In this document: piece by piece, positions 49,924-58,457 of the stretch | Numbering within the stretch: position 1 is the stretch's first letter | How the letters are laid out: the number at the start of each line of letters is the position of its first letter | Assembly (NCBI GenBank): GCA_963676795.2 | Contig: CAXXTB010000002.1 | Location: 640,001-704,000, forward strand | Source: Geopsychrobacteraceae bacterium | GTDB taxonomy: Bacteria; Desulfobacterota; Desulfuromonadia; Desulfuromonadales; Geopsychrobacteraceae | Reading direction: 5' to 3' | Length of the DNA stretch: 64,000 nt | Made by a program: the position numbers and the translations under genes | Notes under the pieces: generated by a model | Databases searched by the model: none | The model's input: the letters and a program-made list of their open reading frames with translations, nothing else | Told to the model about the DNA's origin: nothing

Positions 49924-50982
49924 ATGTTTACTGAGACCGTCAATCGTTATCAGGCAAGCGAAAGCATGAATAATTCGTGGGGATTTGCCCAGTTACTGGA
50001 GCATATTGACATCGGTATCCTGGTGCTTGATCTGGACCGGGAGCAGATTGACTACTGTAATACAGCCTTTTTCGAGATGGTCCGTGACGATACGCTGTGT
50101 CGCAACTATTCTCGTCTTTTTCAACTTTTTATCGGTGAAGGAGAGGCTGTTAAACGCAACCTGCAGAGCGAATATTTTACCGGGCAGTTCAATCTGAAAG
50201 GACACCTGTTCGGTTACTCTGCCTACCGGGCTGAGACACGCTACCGTTGTTTCTTCATTCGCGACATTACCGATAAGAGCCGCCTGGAGTCGATAGCCCA
50301 AGCCGTCAATGTCATGGACAATATCGGTTTCATCTTCTCGGGGATTCGTCATGAAATCGGCAACCCGTTGAACTCACTGAAGATGGCTCTCAGCGTTCTG
50401 CGCCAGAATGTCGATACGGTGTCCAAGGAGATGCTCAAGGAATACCTCGATCGTGGTATGGCCGATGTAGAACGGATGAGCTATCTGTTAAAGGCGTTGA
50501 AGACCTTCAGTCTTTATGACAACGTCGAGATCAAAACAGTTCATCTTGTCGAGTTCATGGAAAAGTTCATTGCGCTGGTCGAGCGGGACTTTCATTCGTT
50601 GGGGATTCATATCAAGACGGAAATTCCATTGAACCTGCCATTGGTCGCCATCGATTCCCGGGCTCTTCACCAGGCCTTGCTCAATGTATTCAGTAATGCG
50701 GCAGACGCACTGAAAGAAATCAGAAAACCGCAGTTGCTGATTCGCGCCGAAGTCCGTGGATCGCTGGTCTGTCTGACGGTGGCTGACAACGGCTGTGGGA
50801 TCAAGCCGGAGCAGATGAAGCATCTGTTTCAGCCGTTCAATACCAGTAAGGTTATGGGGAATGGTCTGGGGCTGGTCATCACCCGAAAGCTGCTGGCGAT
50901 GATGAATGGCGATATCGAGATTGCCAGCACCGCCGGGCTGGGGACAACAGTTTCGATCCGGTTGGCAATGGCCGGGATCTGA
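49924..50982 (+). CDS. Cytoplasmic sensor histidine kinase (PAS-like + HisKA + HATPase)
   Basis: RHEIGNPLN H-box, LNVFSNAADA N-box, DNGCGI, FQPFNTSK, GNGLGL; no TM segment; start uncertain (49924 or 49966). Confidence 0.9.
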   Translation: MFTETVNRYQASESMNNSWGFAQLLEHIDIGILVLDLDREQIDYCNTAFFEMVRDDTLCRNYSRLFQLFIGEGEAVKRNLQSEYFTGQFNLKGHLFGYSAYRAETRYRCFFIRDITDKSRLESIAQAVNVMDNIGFIFSGIRHEIGNPLNSLKMALSVLRQNVDTVSKEMLKEYLDRGMADVERMSYLLKALKTFSLYDNVEIKTVHLVEFMEKFIALVERDFHSLGIHIKTEIPLNLPLVAIDSRALHQALLNVFSNAADALKEIRKPQLLIRAEVRGSLVCLTVADNGCGIKPEQMKHLFQPFNTSKVMGNGLGLVITRKLLAMMNGDIEIASTAGLGTTVSIRLAMAGI

Positions 50983-51028
50983 ACTGGTTTTATGTCATGC
51001 AGTTGAACGTTAGAAAGAGGGATAAGTT

Positions 51029-52144
51029 ATGGTAAAAAAGGTACTGATCGTTGATGACGAGAAATCATTTCTTCTTTCTCTAAGGGACGGACTCAGCAGC
51101 CATAGTGAGCAATTCGAAATCTTTACCGCTGAAAATGGGAAGGAAGCGGTCGAGGTTCTGACCAGCAACGCCATCGATCTGCTGGTAACCGATCTGAAAC
51201 TGCCGGTCATGGATGGTTTTGAACTGCTCGCCTGGTCAAGCCGGCATCAGCCACAGCTGCCTGTTATTGTCATGTCCGCTTTTGGAACTCCGGAAATCGA
51301 GCAGCGCCTGGCCAGTATGGATACCCTCGCGTTTCTCGACAAGCCACTTGATCTGGAAACCCTGGAGCGCGGCATCATCAAGGGTTTAAAGGCCAGAAAT
51401 ACCAGTTTTATCAGAGGGATTTCCCTGGCAACCTTTCTTCAGCTGGTCAAGGCAGAAAAGAAAAACTGCACCTTGAAGGTTTTGTCTCCGGACGTTCCGC
51501 TTCCCGCATATCTATACATCCGCAGCGGAGAATTGATCGATGCCGATTTTGGTGATGTGCATGGTCTGGAGGCCGCGCTGGATGTCGTCTGTTGGGATAA
51601 AACTGAAATCGAGATGGACGGTATCTGTCGTCGCCAGGTCGATATTATCAAGCTGCCGATAGAACATCTGCTGATGGATGCCTTCCGGCTTAAGGATGAG
51701 CAGGCGGAAGAGGAAAAGCAGGCGGGCAGCGCTGCTGGCGCGACTCCGAAAAAGATCGCGGGGGCCACGACAGAAGACAAAAAAGAGACACCGGTCAGGG
51801 AATCATCCGGCACAAAGGAGGAGCTGAAGTCGGTCACGGAGTTGTTGCAGAAGCTCAAAGATCTTCAGGAGTTTGCCGTTTTCGACAAAGAGGGCCGGTT
51901 GCTTTCCAGTGCTCCGGCGAACTGTTTTCTGCAGCAGTTTGACATAAAATCGCTGACTGGGCTGCTGGACAACCTAGCCGGTGAGATAGGCGGGAAGGGG
52001 CGACAGCGCTCCATGTTGCTCAATTCTGGGGCCCGGGACCGTTTTCTGCTTTTCCCCTGCCGGCATTACAATATCGTAACCAGGTTGAAATCGGGGGCAC
52101 AGACGCATAAGGTCGCAGCCGATGTCGCTTCAAAGGTCGCATAA
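51029..52144 (+). CDS. Response regulator: REC + DUF4388 (PatA-like) + C-terminal roadblock-like region
   Basis: IVDDE and TDLKLPVMDG receiver; GISLATFLQL...CTLKV...GELIDA resembles DUF4388; no DNA-binding domain. Confidence 0.8.
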   Translation: MVKKVLIVDDEKSFLLSLRDGLSSHSEQFEIFTAENGKEAVEVLTSNAIDLLVTDLKLPVMDGFELLAWSSRHQPQLPVIVMSAFGTPEIEQRLASMDTLAFLDKPLDLETLERGIIKGLKARNTSFIRGISLATFLQLVKAEKKNCTLKVLSPDVPLPAYLYIRSGELIDADFGDVHGLEAALDVVCWDKTEIEMDGICRRQVDIIKLPIEHLLMDAFRLKDEQAEEEKQAGSAAGATPKKIAGATTEDKKETPVRESSGTKEELKSVTELLQKLKDLQEFAVFDKEGRLLSSAPANCFLQQFDIKSLTGLLDNLAGEIGGKGRQRSMLLNSGARDRFLLFPCRHYNIVTRLKSGAQTHKVAADVASKVA

Positions 52145-52190
52145 TCAAAACGATATCGAGAACGTATTTCAGGTACAGTGAGGTGTTGTG

Positions 52191-52835
52191 ATGGTTCATT
52201 TGATAGATGGGCTTAAAGTCATACCTGGGGTCATGGGGGCATGCATCTGCCATCCCCAGGATGGTGTGCAGGCTTCGAATCTGCCGGCTATTTTCAAGGT
52301 GGAGCGACTGGAGACGATCGGTCGGCAGCTGATCAAGATGATTTCGGCTGGACGTATGAGCCTGAATGGCGTGAGTGATCTGCTTCTGCGCTTCGAAGAG
52401 TCGATGGTTGTTGCCCGCGAGTTGAAGGGGGGAGGGGTTGTTTTCGCCCTCTGTGACTCCAGCTGTCACAGGCAGATGCTGCAAATGCCGCTGAGTCTCG
52501 TCGTTGATGGTTATGCGGCGGCGGTAGCCGGTTCGGAGAAATCTCCTGCCGTTGCGGCGGTCGTTGACGCACCTGAAGCAGTCGTGCCAGCTGCAGCCAA
52601 CATCTCTGTGGATGAGCTGATCGAGGGGCTGCAGGAAGAGCTGGCGCCTCTGGTTGGTCCGATGGCCGGTATGATCGTTGAGGATAGCGTCGAGGTCTGG
52701 GAAGCGGGTGGGCGCAATGTGGCACGGATCGACGCTCTTGTCGATCTGATTTGTCAGGAAATCGGTGATGATGATAAGGCCGATGCTTTCCGCCTGGCTA
52801 CTGAAGTCCTCATTGCCGATCTGAAGAAAGGATAA
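52191..52835 (+). CDS. Roadblock/LC7-like domain protein with a helical C-terminal domain
   Basis: LKVIPGVMGACI...ASNLP N-terminus; Ala-rich linker; LAPLVGPMAGMIVED C-terminal domain. Confidence 0.65.
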   Translation: MVHLIDGLKVIPGVMGACICHPQDGVQASNLPAIFKVERLETIGRQLIKMISAGRMSLNGVSDLLLRFEESMVVARELKGGGVVFALCDSSCHRQMLQMPLSLVVDGYAAAVAGSEKSPAVAAVVDAPEAVVPAAANISVDELIEGLQEELAPLVGPMAGMIVEDSVEVWEAGGRNVARIDALVDLICQEIGDDDKADAFRLATEVLIADLKKG

Positions 52836-52839
52836 GCCC

Positions 52840-53181
52840 ATGGCATCCGCAAAAGAATTTATCGAGAGAGTTGATGCTGTCGATGGAGTTGCCGGCTGTC
52901 TTCTGGTGACCTCCGAAGGTGGTTTGCTCGGGCAGAGCGTAGACAACCCCGATCGCTATTCCGCATTGATGCTGGTCTGCCAGGGCCCGCTGGAGACAGT
53001 TATGGCCAACAGCGGGGTCGATTACTGCAGTCATTACAGCTTCTATGCCGAGGACGGGAATAATTTTCACGTGTTCCCGATCGGCAAGTTTATCGTCGGT
53101 GTCGTTCAGCAACCTTTTAGTGCTACGGAAGTCATGCTTGGCCAGATTCAGAAGCTGGTCCGCAAGGTGGGCAGTCACTGA
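52840..53181 (+). CDS. Roadblock/LC7 (MglB-like) small protein
   Basis: 113 aa, VDAVDGVAGCLLVTSEGGLL pattern. Confidence 0.7.
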   Translation: MASAKEFIERVDAVDGVAGCLLVTSEGGLLGQSVDNPDRYSALMLVCQGPLETVMANSGVDYCSHYSFYAEDGNNFHVFPIGKFIVGVVQQPFSATEVMLGQIQKLVRKVGSH

Positions 53182-53302
53182 CGGAGCCTGGGCGGTGCTT
53201 CCCTGGCAAGGTTGATTTTTTTACCTGATCATGCGAGTCTGACCTCTAAGCGAAGTTCGGGCCGGTTGCCCGGGCAGAGACTCAAATCCTTCAGGAGATA
53301 TC

Positions 53303-53731
53303 ATGACAGCTGCGACAGACGGCAACAAGGTTAAGGTTCATTACACTGGAACGTTCGATAACGGTGAGGTCTTCGATACCTCCCGTCAGTCTCAACCGCT
53401 GGAATTTGAAGTTGGTTCCGGGCAGGTTATTCCGGGGTTCGACAATGCCGTAAAGGGTATGAAAATCGGCGAGACCAAAACCGTACGTTTGCCCGAAGAA
53501 GAAGCCTACGGACCTTACAATGAAGCGATGATTTTTGAGGCAGACCCCAGCCAGTTCGAGGAGGGGTTAAGTCCTGAAGTCGGACAGCAGTTTCAGACCC
53601 AGATGGAAGACGGCTCGCCATTGCTGCTGACGGTCAAAGCCGTTGAAGATGGCAAGATTACCCTCGATGCCAATCATCCCATGGCAGGAAAGACCCTGAA
53701 TTTCGAACTGGAGCTTGTTGCCATCGATTAG
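53303..53731 (+). CDS. FKBP-type peptidyl-prolyl isomerase (short SlyD/SlpA type)
   Basis: VKVHYTG, FDTS, IPGFD, AYG, DANHPMAGKTLNF; no His-rich tail. Confidence 0.92.
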   Translation: MTAATDGNKVKVHYTGTFDNGEVFDTSRQSQPLEFEVGSGQVIPGFDNAVKGMKIGETKTVRLPEEEAYGPYNEAMIFEADPSQFEEGLSPEVGQQFQTQMEDGSPLLLTVKAVEDGKITLDANHPMAGKTLNFELELVAID

Positions 53732-53758
53732 GCGGAACCTCCTCTCTATGTATCAAGC

Positions 53759-53799
53759 TTACCCCCAAGGGTCATCGGATCCTTGGGGGTAACTTTTTT
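53759..53799 (+). terminator. Intrinsic terminator after the PPIase gene
   Basis: TTACCCCCAAGG...CCTTGGGGGTAA followed by TTTTTT. Confidence 0.8.
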
Positions 53800-53954
53800 C
53801 TGCGGGTTGTGAGTCCGTAGTAAAATTCCCGCCTTGATAGCCAGCATGACAACCTCAGCTCTCTTTGTCGTGGTGGTCATTGCCATCTTTACAAGTCTTT
53901 ACACCATAAAATATGAATAAATGTATACTTGGGTAAAAATACTGGGGAGGCATT

Positions 53955-54779
53955 ATGAATATACGAAAAATTACATCCTTGACGGCTCTGATCTCGTTTG
54001 TGCTGCTCATTCTGACCAGTGTCATTCTCTACATCGTCCCCTCGGGGCGGGTGGCCTACTGGGCCAGCTGGAAACTGTGGGGGCTGAGCAAGGAGCAGTG
54101 GGCTGAGGTTCATATCAACCTGGGTGTTCTGCTGTTGATCGCAATGATCCTGCACATCTATCTGAACTGGAAGCCGATGGTCAGTTATATGCGCAGCAGA
54201 ACCCGGAAATTCAGGCTGTTTACCGTCGACTTTAACGTTTCCCTGCTTATTGCTCTGGTGGTCTTTTTCGGTACGCTCGCCGGGATTCCGCCGATGAGTT
54301 CGGTTATTCAGCTGGGTGCCAATATTACCGAGGACGCAAACCAGTTTTACGGTGAACCGCCCTACGGTCACGCTGAGTTGTCAGTCCTGCCGGATTTCGC
54401 CCAAAAGGTTGATGTCGATCTGGATGAGGCTATCGGCCGCCTGGAGGCTGCTGGCTACCAGATCCCTGCTCGACAGATGACGATCGGGGACCTGGCCGAG
54501 GTGAATGGCGTCGCTCCCGGCCAGCTTTATGCTGCTATGAAGCCGGAAATGCCCGGAGAGACAAAGGTCATGCCGGAAGAGTCTCCCGGCGGTACGGGGC
54601 AGAAGAAGTTGGGAACTCTCTGCGAGACATATCAGTTGAATGTTGAGTCGATTATTGCCGGCTTGGCGGAAATGGGAATCGTCGCGACATCCGAGCAGAC
54701 GTTAAAGGAGATAGGTGCGGCTGTTGGCAAAGATCCCCATGCTATCTACGCTTTGATCTATTCCATCAGCCACCAGTAG
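53955..54779 (+). CDS. DUF4405-like membrane protein with a soluble C-terminal region
   Basis: ILYIVPSGRVAYW...WGLSKEQWAEVH...LHIYLNW (two TM histidines), PPYGHAEL. Confidence 0.75.
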   Translation: MNIRKITSLTALISFVLLILTSVILYIVPSGRVAYWASWKLWGLSKEQWAEVHINLGVLLLIAMILHIYLNWKPMVSYMRSRTRKFRLFTVDFNVSLLIALVVFFGTLAGIPPMSSVIQLGANITEDANQFYGEPPYGHAELSVLPDFAQKVDVDLDEAIGRLEAAGYQIPARQMTIGDLAEVNGVAPGQLYAAMKPEMPGETKVMPEESPGGTGQKKLGTLCETYQLNVESIIAGLAEMGIVATSEQTLKEIGAAVGKDPHAIYALIYSISHQ

Positions 54780-54824
54780 CGGGTCGGCGGTTCTGTACAT
54801 GATATGCAGGGCCGCCGATTTATC

Positions 54825-55319
54825 TTATGGATAGAGGCGCACGAGATATTCGGCAACGCAAGCCGGTTTAGGCTCTCCTGCGATTTCAATGTTGATCAGG
54901 TATGTCAGTTGTATGGCACCGTTGGTTTTTACAGCGTCCTGCAGTGTTGTGCGGGCGCGCAGTGAGCTATCAACTCTGACCGGGGCAGGGAAGCGGACCT
55001 TGTTCAGCCCATAGTTCACCTGATACGCCATTCCCGGATAATTCTTCTGAAAATAATCGCTGTCAATCTGTTCGGTGAGGTAAGGCAGCAGTGAAAGTGT
55101 CAGGTAGCCGTGAGCTATCGTTGTGGTGAAGGGAGATTCTTGGCCGGCACGTTCAGGGTTGGTATGGATCCATTGCTGGTCGCCGGTGACATCAGCGAAT
55201 TGATTGATTCTCTCCTGGTCGATCTTCAGCCATTTTCCGACGTGAACCTCGCTGCCGAGTTGGGGCTGAATCCAGGTCAGAAAGCTGTTCAGCTTATCCT
55301 CAGGCATCGACGAGCTCAC
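54825..55319 (-). CDS. MaoC-family (hot-dog) dehydratase
   Basis: FADVTGDQQWIH, TIAHGYLTLSL, NYGLNKVRFPAPV. Confidence 0.9.
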   Translation of the reverse strand: MSSSMPEDKLNSFLTWIQPQLGSEVHVGKWLKIDQERINQFADVTGDQQWIHTNPERAGQESPFTTTIAHGYLTLSLLPYLTEQIDSDYFQKNYPGMAYQVNYGLNKVRFPAPVRVDSSLRARTTLQDAVKTNGAIQLTYLINIEIAGEPKPACVAEYLVRLYP

Positions 55320-55776
55320 GAATGTAGCTCAATACATGCTGCGGATGTTCGGCCGCCTTGGCGACTTTGGACCAGTGTTTGATGACCGCTCCGTCCTTGT
55401 CGATCAGAACGGTTGAGCGAATGCAGCCGAGTGAGGTTTTTCCGTAGAGTTTTTTCTCTCCCCAGGCAGCGTACTCCTGAAGCATTTTTGTCTCCGGATC
55501 CGAAAGGAGCGGGAAGGGCAGTTCGTACTTGGCGATGAAGTTGGCATGTGATTTAAGGCTGTCCTTGCTGACACCGAGGATTTTGATTCCCATGTCGATC
55601 AGCTCAGAGTAGGCATCCCTGAATCCGCAGGCTTCTTTGGTGCAGCCTGGGGTGCTGTCTTTGGGATAAAAGAAAATCACCAGCCTGGTGCCGCTGTAAT
55701 CCTTGAGGGAGTGGGTTTTTCCGTCGCTACCCTGAAGCCTGAATGCAGGAGCTTGCAGTCCATCTTTGAGGGCCAT
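55300..55776 (-). CDS. bcp: Peroxiredoxin BCP/PrxQ
   Basis: FYPKDSTPGCTKEACGFRD. Confidence 0.93.
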   Translation of the reverse strand: MALKDGLQAPAFRLQGSDGKTHSLKDYSGTRLVIFFYPKDSTPGCTKEACGFRDAYSELIDMGIKILGVSKDSLKSHANFIAKYELPFPLLSDPETKMLQEYAAWGEKKLYGKTSLGCIRSTVLIDKDGAVIKHWSKVAKAAEHPQHVLSYIRELVDA

Positions 55777-55778
55777 GA

Positions 55779-56060
55779 TCAATTTTCCCCTTCGTCATTA
55801 GCGTTGAGCAGTCTGTCAAGTTTGTTCAGCTTGGCTGTGATGGCCTGGTCCACTTTTTCCGTGCCGAGCATCCAGCTGAGTTGGCCGAGCATCAGGTTCA
55901 CATCGGCCAGTTCCTCAATGACCTCATTTTCGCCGATTCTGCCCCTTTTGTAGTGTTTTAGAGCGGCAATCAGCTCGGCACATTCCTCGATCATCTGATC
56001 GTATTGCGCCTCGCTCCCCCATTTGTTGAGGGTCGCCTGGTAGATCTTTTCTAGGGACAT
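55779..56060 (-). CDS. MazG-like nucleotide pyrophosphohydrolase
   Basis: IEECAEL and EELADV acidic motifs, 93 aa. Confidence 0.75.
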   Translation of the reverse strand: MSLEKIYQATLNKWGSEAQYDQMIEECAELIAALKHYKRGRIGENEVIEELADVNLMLGQLSWMLGTEKVDQAITAKLNKLDRLLNANDEGEN

Positions 56061-56085
56061 AATCGGCCTTTAGAAAATGCTGTTG

Positions 56086-56844
56086 TCAGTCTTCTTTGTG
56101 ACGGTGCTGACGCTGGTACTGCTTGAACCAGATCTGGAACTCTTTTTCTTCGCTTTCCATCTCAAAGGCGTTGATCAGTCCTCTGGCCAGGGAGACCGCT
56201 ACCGCTCTATTGCGCAGGTTGAAAGAGTCGCCGACCTTGTCGCTGTGAAACTGTTCCTGGTCGATACCCAGCTTCGAATACAGGGAGTTCAGGCGGCTCT
56301 GGACTCCGCGGCGAGAGAGGTAGCGACGCTGGGCAATCAGGTTGTCGGTCAGGCCGAGTGAGATATCCAGAAGTGCCTCGTACTCAATGTCGGAGAGTGC
56401 GGTCAGGCTGTGGCCGGCACGTCCCTGAACCTTGCGGACCTCCGGATCGATCCAGCACTGTTCTTCGAGAAGAACGGTACGGACTGCGGATGCGATGCGG
56501 TCGAGCGGGCTGGACTTGAGGATGTAGCCATAGACCGTTTCCGGAGGCACGATTTTAGCCAGCGAGCGCACGTACATTTCATCCTTGTACTGGCTCCAGA
56601 AGATGATGCGTGCCTGAGGTTTCTTGTCCCACAGGTTTTTGGCGAATTCGATGCCATTCATTTCCGGCATTTGTATATCGCTGATGACCAGGGGTTTATC
56701 TCGAGACAGACCAATCTCCAAAGCCGAACTGCCGTTCGGGGCCCGGGTGATGACAACGCCTTCATCCCAATCTTTCAGCAGATGTTCAAGAAATTCGTAA
56801 TCCTTCGGGTTGTCTTCAGCAATCAGAATGTCAAGCTGACTCAT
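56086..56844 (-). CDS. NarL/LuxR-type response regulator
   Basis: IAEDN, SDIQMPEMNG, YGYILK; C-terminal HTH LSDIEYEALLDISLGLTDNLIA. Confidence 0.85.
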   Translation of the reverse strand: MSQLDILIAEDNPKDYEFLEHLLKDWDEGVVITRAPNGSSALEIGLSRDKPLVISDIQMPEMNGIEFAKNLWDKKPQARIIFWSQYKDEMYVRSLAKIVPPETVYGYILKSSPLDRIASAVRTVLLEEQCWIDPEVRKVQGRAGHSLTALSDIEYEALLDISLGLTDNLIAQRRYLSRRGVQSRLNSLYSKLGIDQEQFHSDKVGDSFNLRNRAVAVSLARGLINAFEMESEEKEFQIWFKQYQRQHRHKED

Positions 56845-58231
56845 TGTCTTCTCCTACATTGGCAGGAATGTGATAATTAAGCTCAAACCGTGTTCCACTA
56901 GAGAACCGGGACTTTTTCCAGGAAACTTCAGCGCCAATCGCTTTGGCTCTTTCCCGCATATTGTTAAGGCCACGCCCTTTTCCCAGGGGTTCCTTGACCA
57001 GCATTCCAGCCCCGTTGTCTTCCACGGAGAAAATCAGATTACCTTCGCAGACTTCCAGGTTGACTTCGTAGCGGGTGGCCTGGGCGTGTTTGATGACGTT
57101 CTGGATTGCTTCGATGGCAATGCGATAGATATTCAGCTGATGCAGGCGACCTATTTTTACACTGTAGGCGTCGGGCGTGATGTGTAGATTGTAGATCGGC
57201 AGGTCGTCGCTGTTGCAGTGTTCATCGAGGTGCGCCTCGATAGTTGCACCAAGACCGAGAATTTCCAGGGCCTGGGGATGCAGGTTGTTCATGATGTCGC
57301 GCAGATTGTTGATGGCTTTGGACAGGTCATTGAAGAGGTGCTCGGCCTGATTGCGTCGGTCAGAATTCAGGTCTGTCGTTGATAAGCTGCGCAGGCCGCG
57401 AAGGATCCCCGAAAGGTCTGAGAGTGTCTGATCGTGGAGATCCATGGCAATACGCCGGCGCTCTTCTGCTGCCCCCTCCAGCAACTTCTCTGTCCCGACG
57501 ACCTGAACCAGTTTTCGGGTCATACGATGAATCGACAGGGCGACGATATCCAGCTCGTCTTTCAGTTTGTGGGGCGGCTGGGGCGCTTCCAGCTTGCCGT
57601 CAGCAATCTGTGCTGCATAGGTCGACAGGGTCTGGATGCGGATGAAAATGCGTCGACTGAAATATAGGGAGATCGTCATGCCAAGCAGGATGGCCAACAG
57701 CAGAACCGACATCACGACGATGGCGGCACGCTCTACCAGGCTGTTGATGTCCTCTTCCTGGGTTGCCCGCAGACGATGGCTGTAAACCTGGGTCAGGCTT
57801 GACAGGCTTGAGAGTTCGGCTCTGAATTCAGCAAACGCCTGGGCTGTTTGCTCGGGTTCGTTCGATCCCGTCGGGTTCAGGCTATGTGCCATTTCAGCCA
57901 GAAGGTATATCCTGTTGTTGTTTTTCAGCGGTCCAAAGGCCTTGACCCTGGCCACCGCTCCGAGCAGGCGATCGTAGAGTTCGGCGGCGAGAGCCATGTC
58001 TTCCGGTGGGGGGACGTTACTGTACTGCATGGCCCTGATCAGGACATGGAGGCGCCTCGCTGCCATGTCGGCCTCGGCAAGCGCGCCGAAGGATGTCCCG
58101 ACCGCGTCGAGTTCCTGACGTTTCTCTACCAAGCTCCAATAGCTGTACTGCATGAAGATAAGAAGAAAGATCAACAGTACGAAAATTGTTGCCGGGGCGA
58201 GTAAAACTTGTTGTTTTACAGGCATTCTCAT
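56831..58231 (-). CDS. Membrane sensor histidine kinase (HAMP + HisKA_3)
   Basis: Two TM segments, ERRRIAMDLHD, EAIQNVIKHA, DNGAG, GRGLNNMRERA. Confidence 0.9.
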   Translation of the reverse strand: MRMPVKQQVLLAPATIFVLLIFLLIFMQYSYWSLVEKRQELDAVGTSFGALAEADMAARRLHVLIRAMQYSNVPPPEDMALAAELYDRLLGAVARVKAFGPLKNNNRIYLLAEMAHSLNPTGSNEPEQTAQAFAEFRAELSSLSSLTQVYSHRLRATQEEDINSLVERAAIVVMSVLLLAILLGMTISLYFSRRIFIRIQTLSTYAAQIADGKLEAPQPPHKLKDELDIVALSIHRMTRKLVQVVGTEKLLEGAAEERRRIAMDLHDQTLSDLSGILRGLRSLSTTDLNSDRRNQAEHLFNDLSKAINNLRDIMNNLHPQALEILGLGATIEAHLDEHCNSDDLPIYNLHITPDAYSVKIGRLHQLNIYRIAIEAIQNVIKHAQATRYEVNLEVCEGNLIFSVEDNGAGMLVKEPLGKGRGLNNMRERAKAIGAEVSWKKSRFSSGTRFELNYHIPANVGEDNESA

Positions 58232-58333
58232 AGGCGGAATTATAGCCTAACAGGATTTAAATACACTGTGCAAATGCGCAGAAGTGAAGTGCTTTTACAT
58301 TTTCTTGCGGGTGTTCCGGGAGGTTCAATGCAT

Positions 58334-58402
58334 AAAAAAACCCCAAAGGCCTGGAGGGGGGGGAGGCCTTCGGGGTTTGCAAGCCTCAGTGAGGTTGCTT
58401 GT
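58334..58402 (-). ncRNA. Candidate small RNA with a C-rich loop and terminator hairpin
   Basis: TTCACT-17-TATAAA promoter (58436-58408), a short 5' hairpin, then a 15-bp stem with loop CCCCCCCCUCC and a U-tract. The terminator is solid; sRNA status is inferred. Confidence 0.45.
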
Positions 58403-58457
58403 GTGTCTTTATACAGGATGTATCCGTAAAAGTGAACAAAAAAATTTTTAAAAATTC

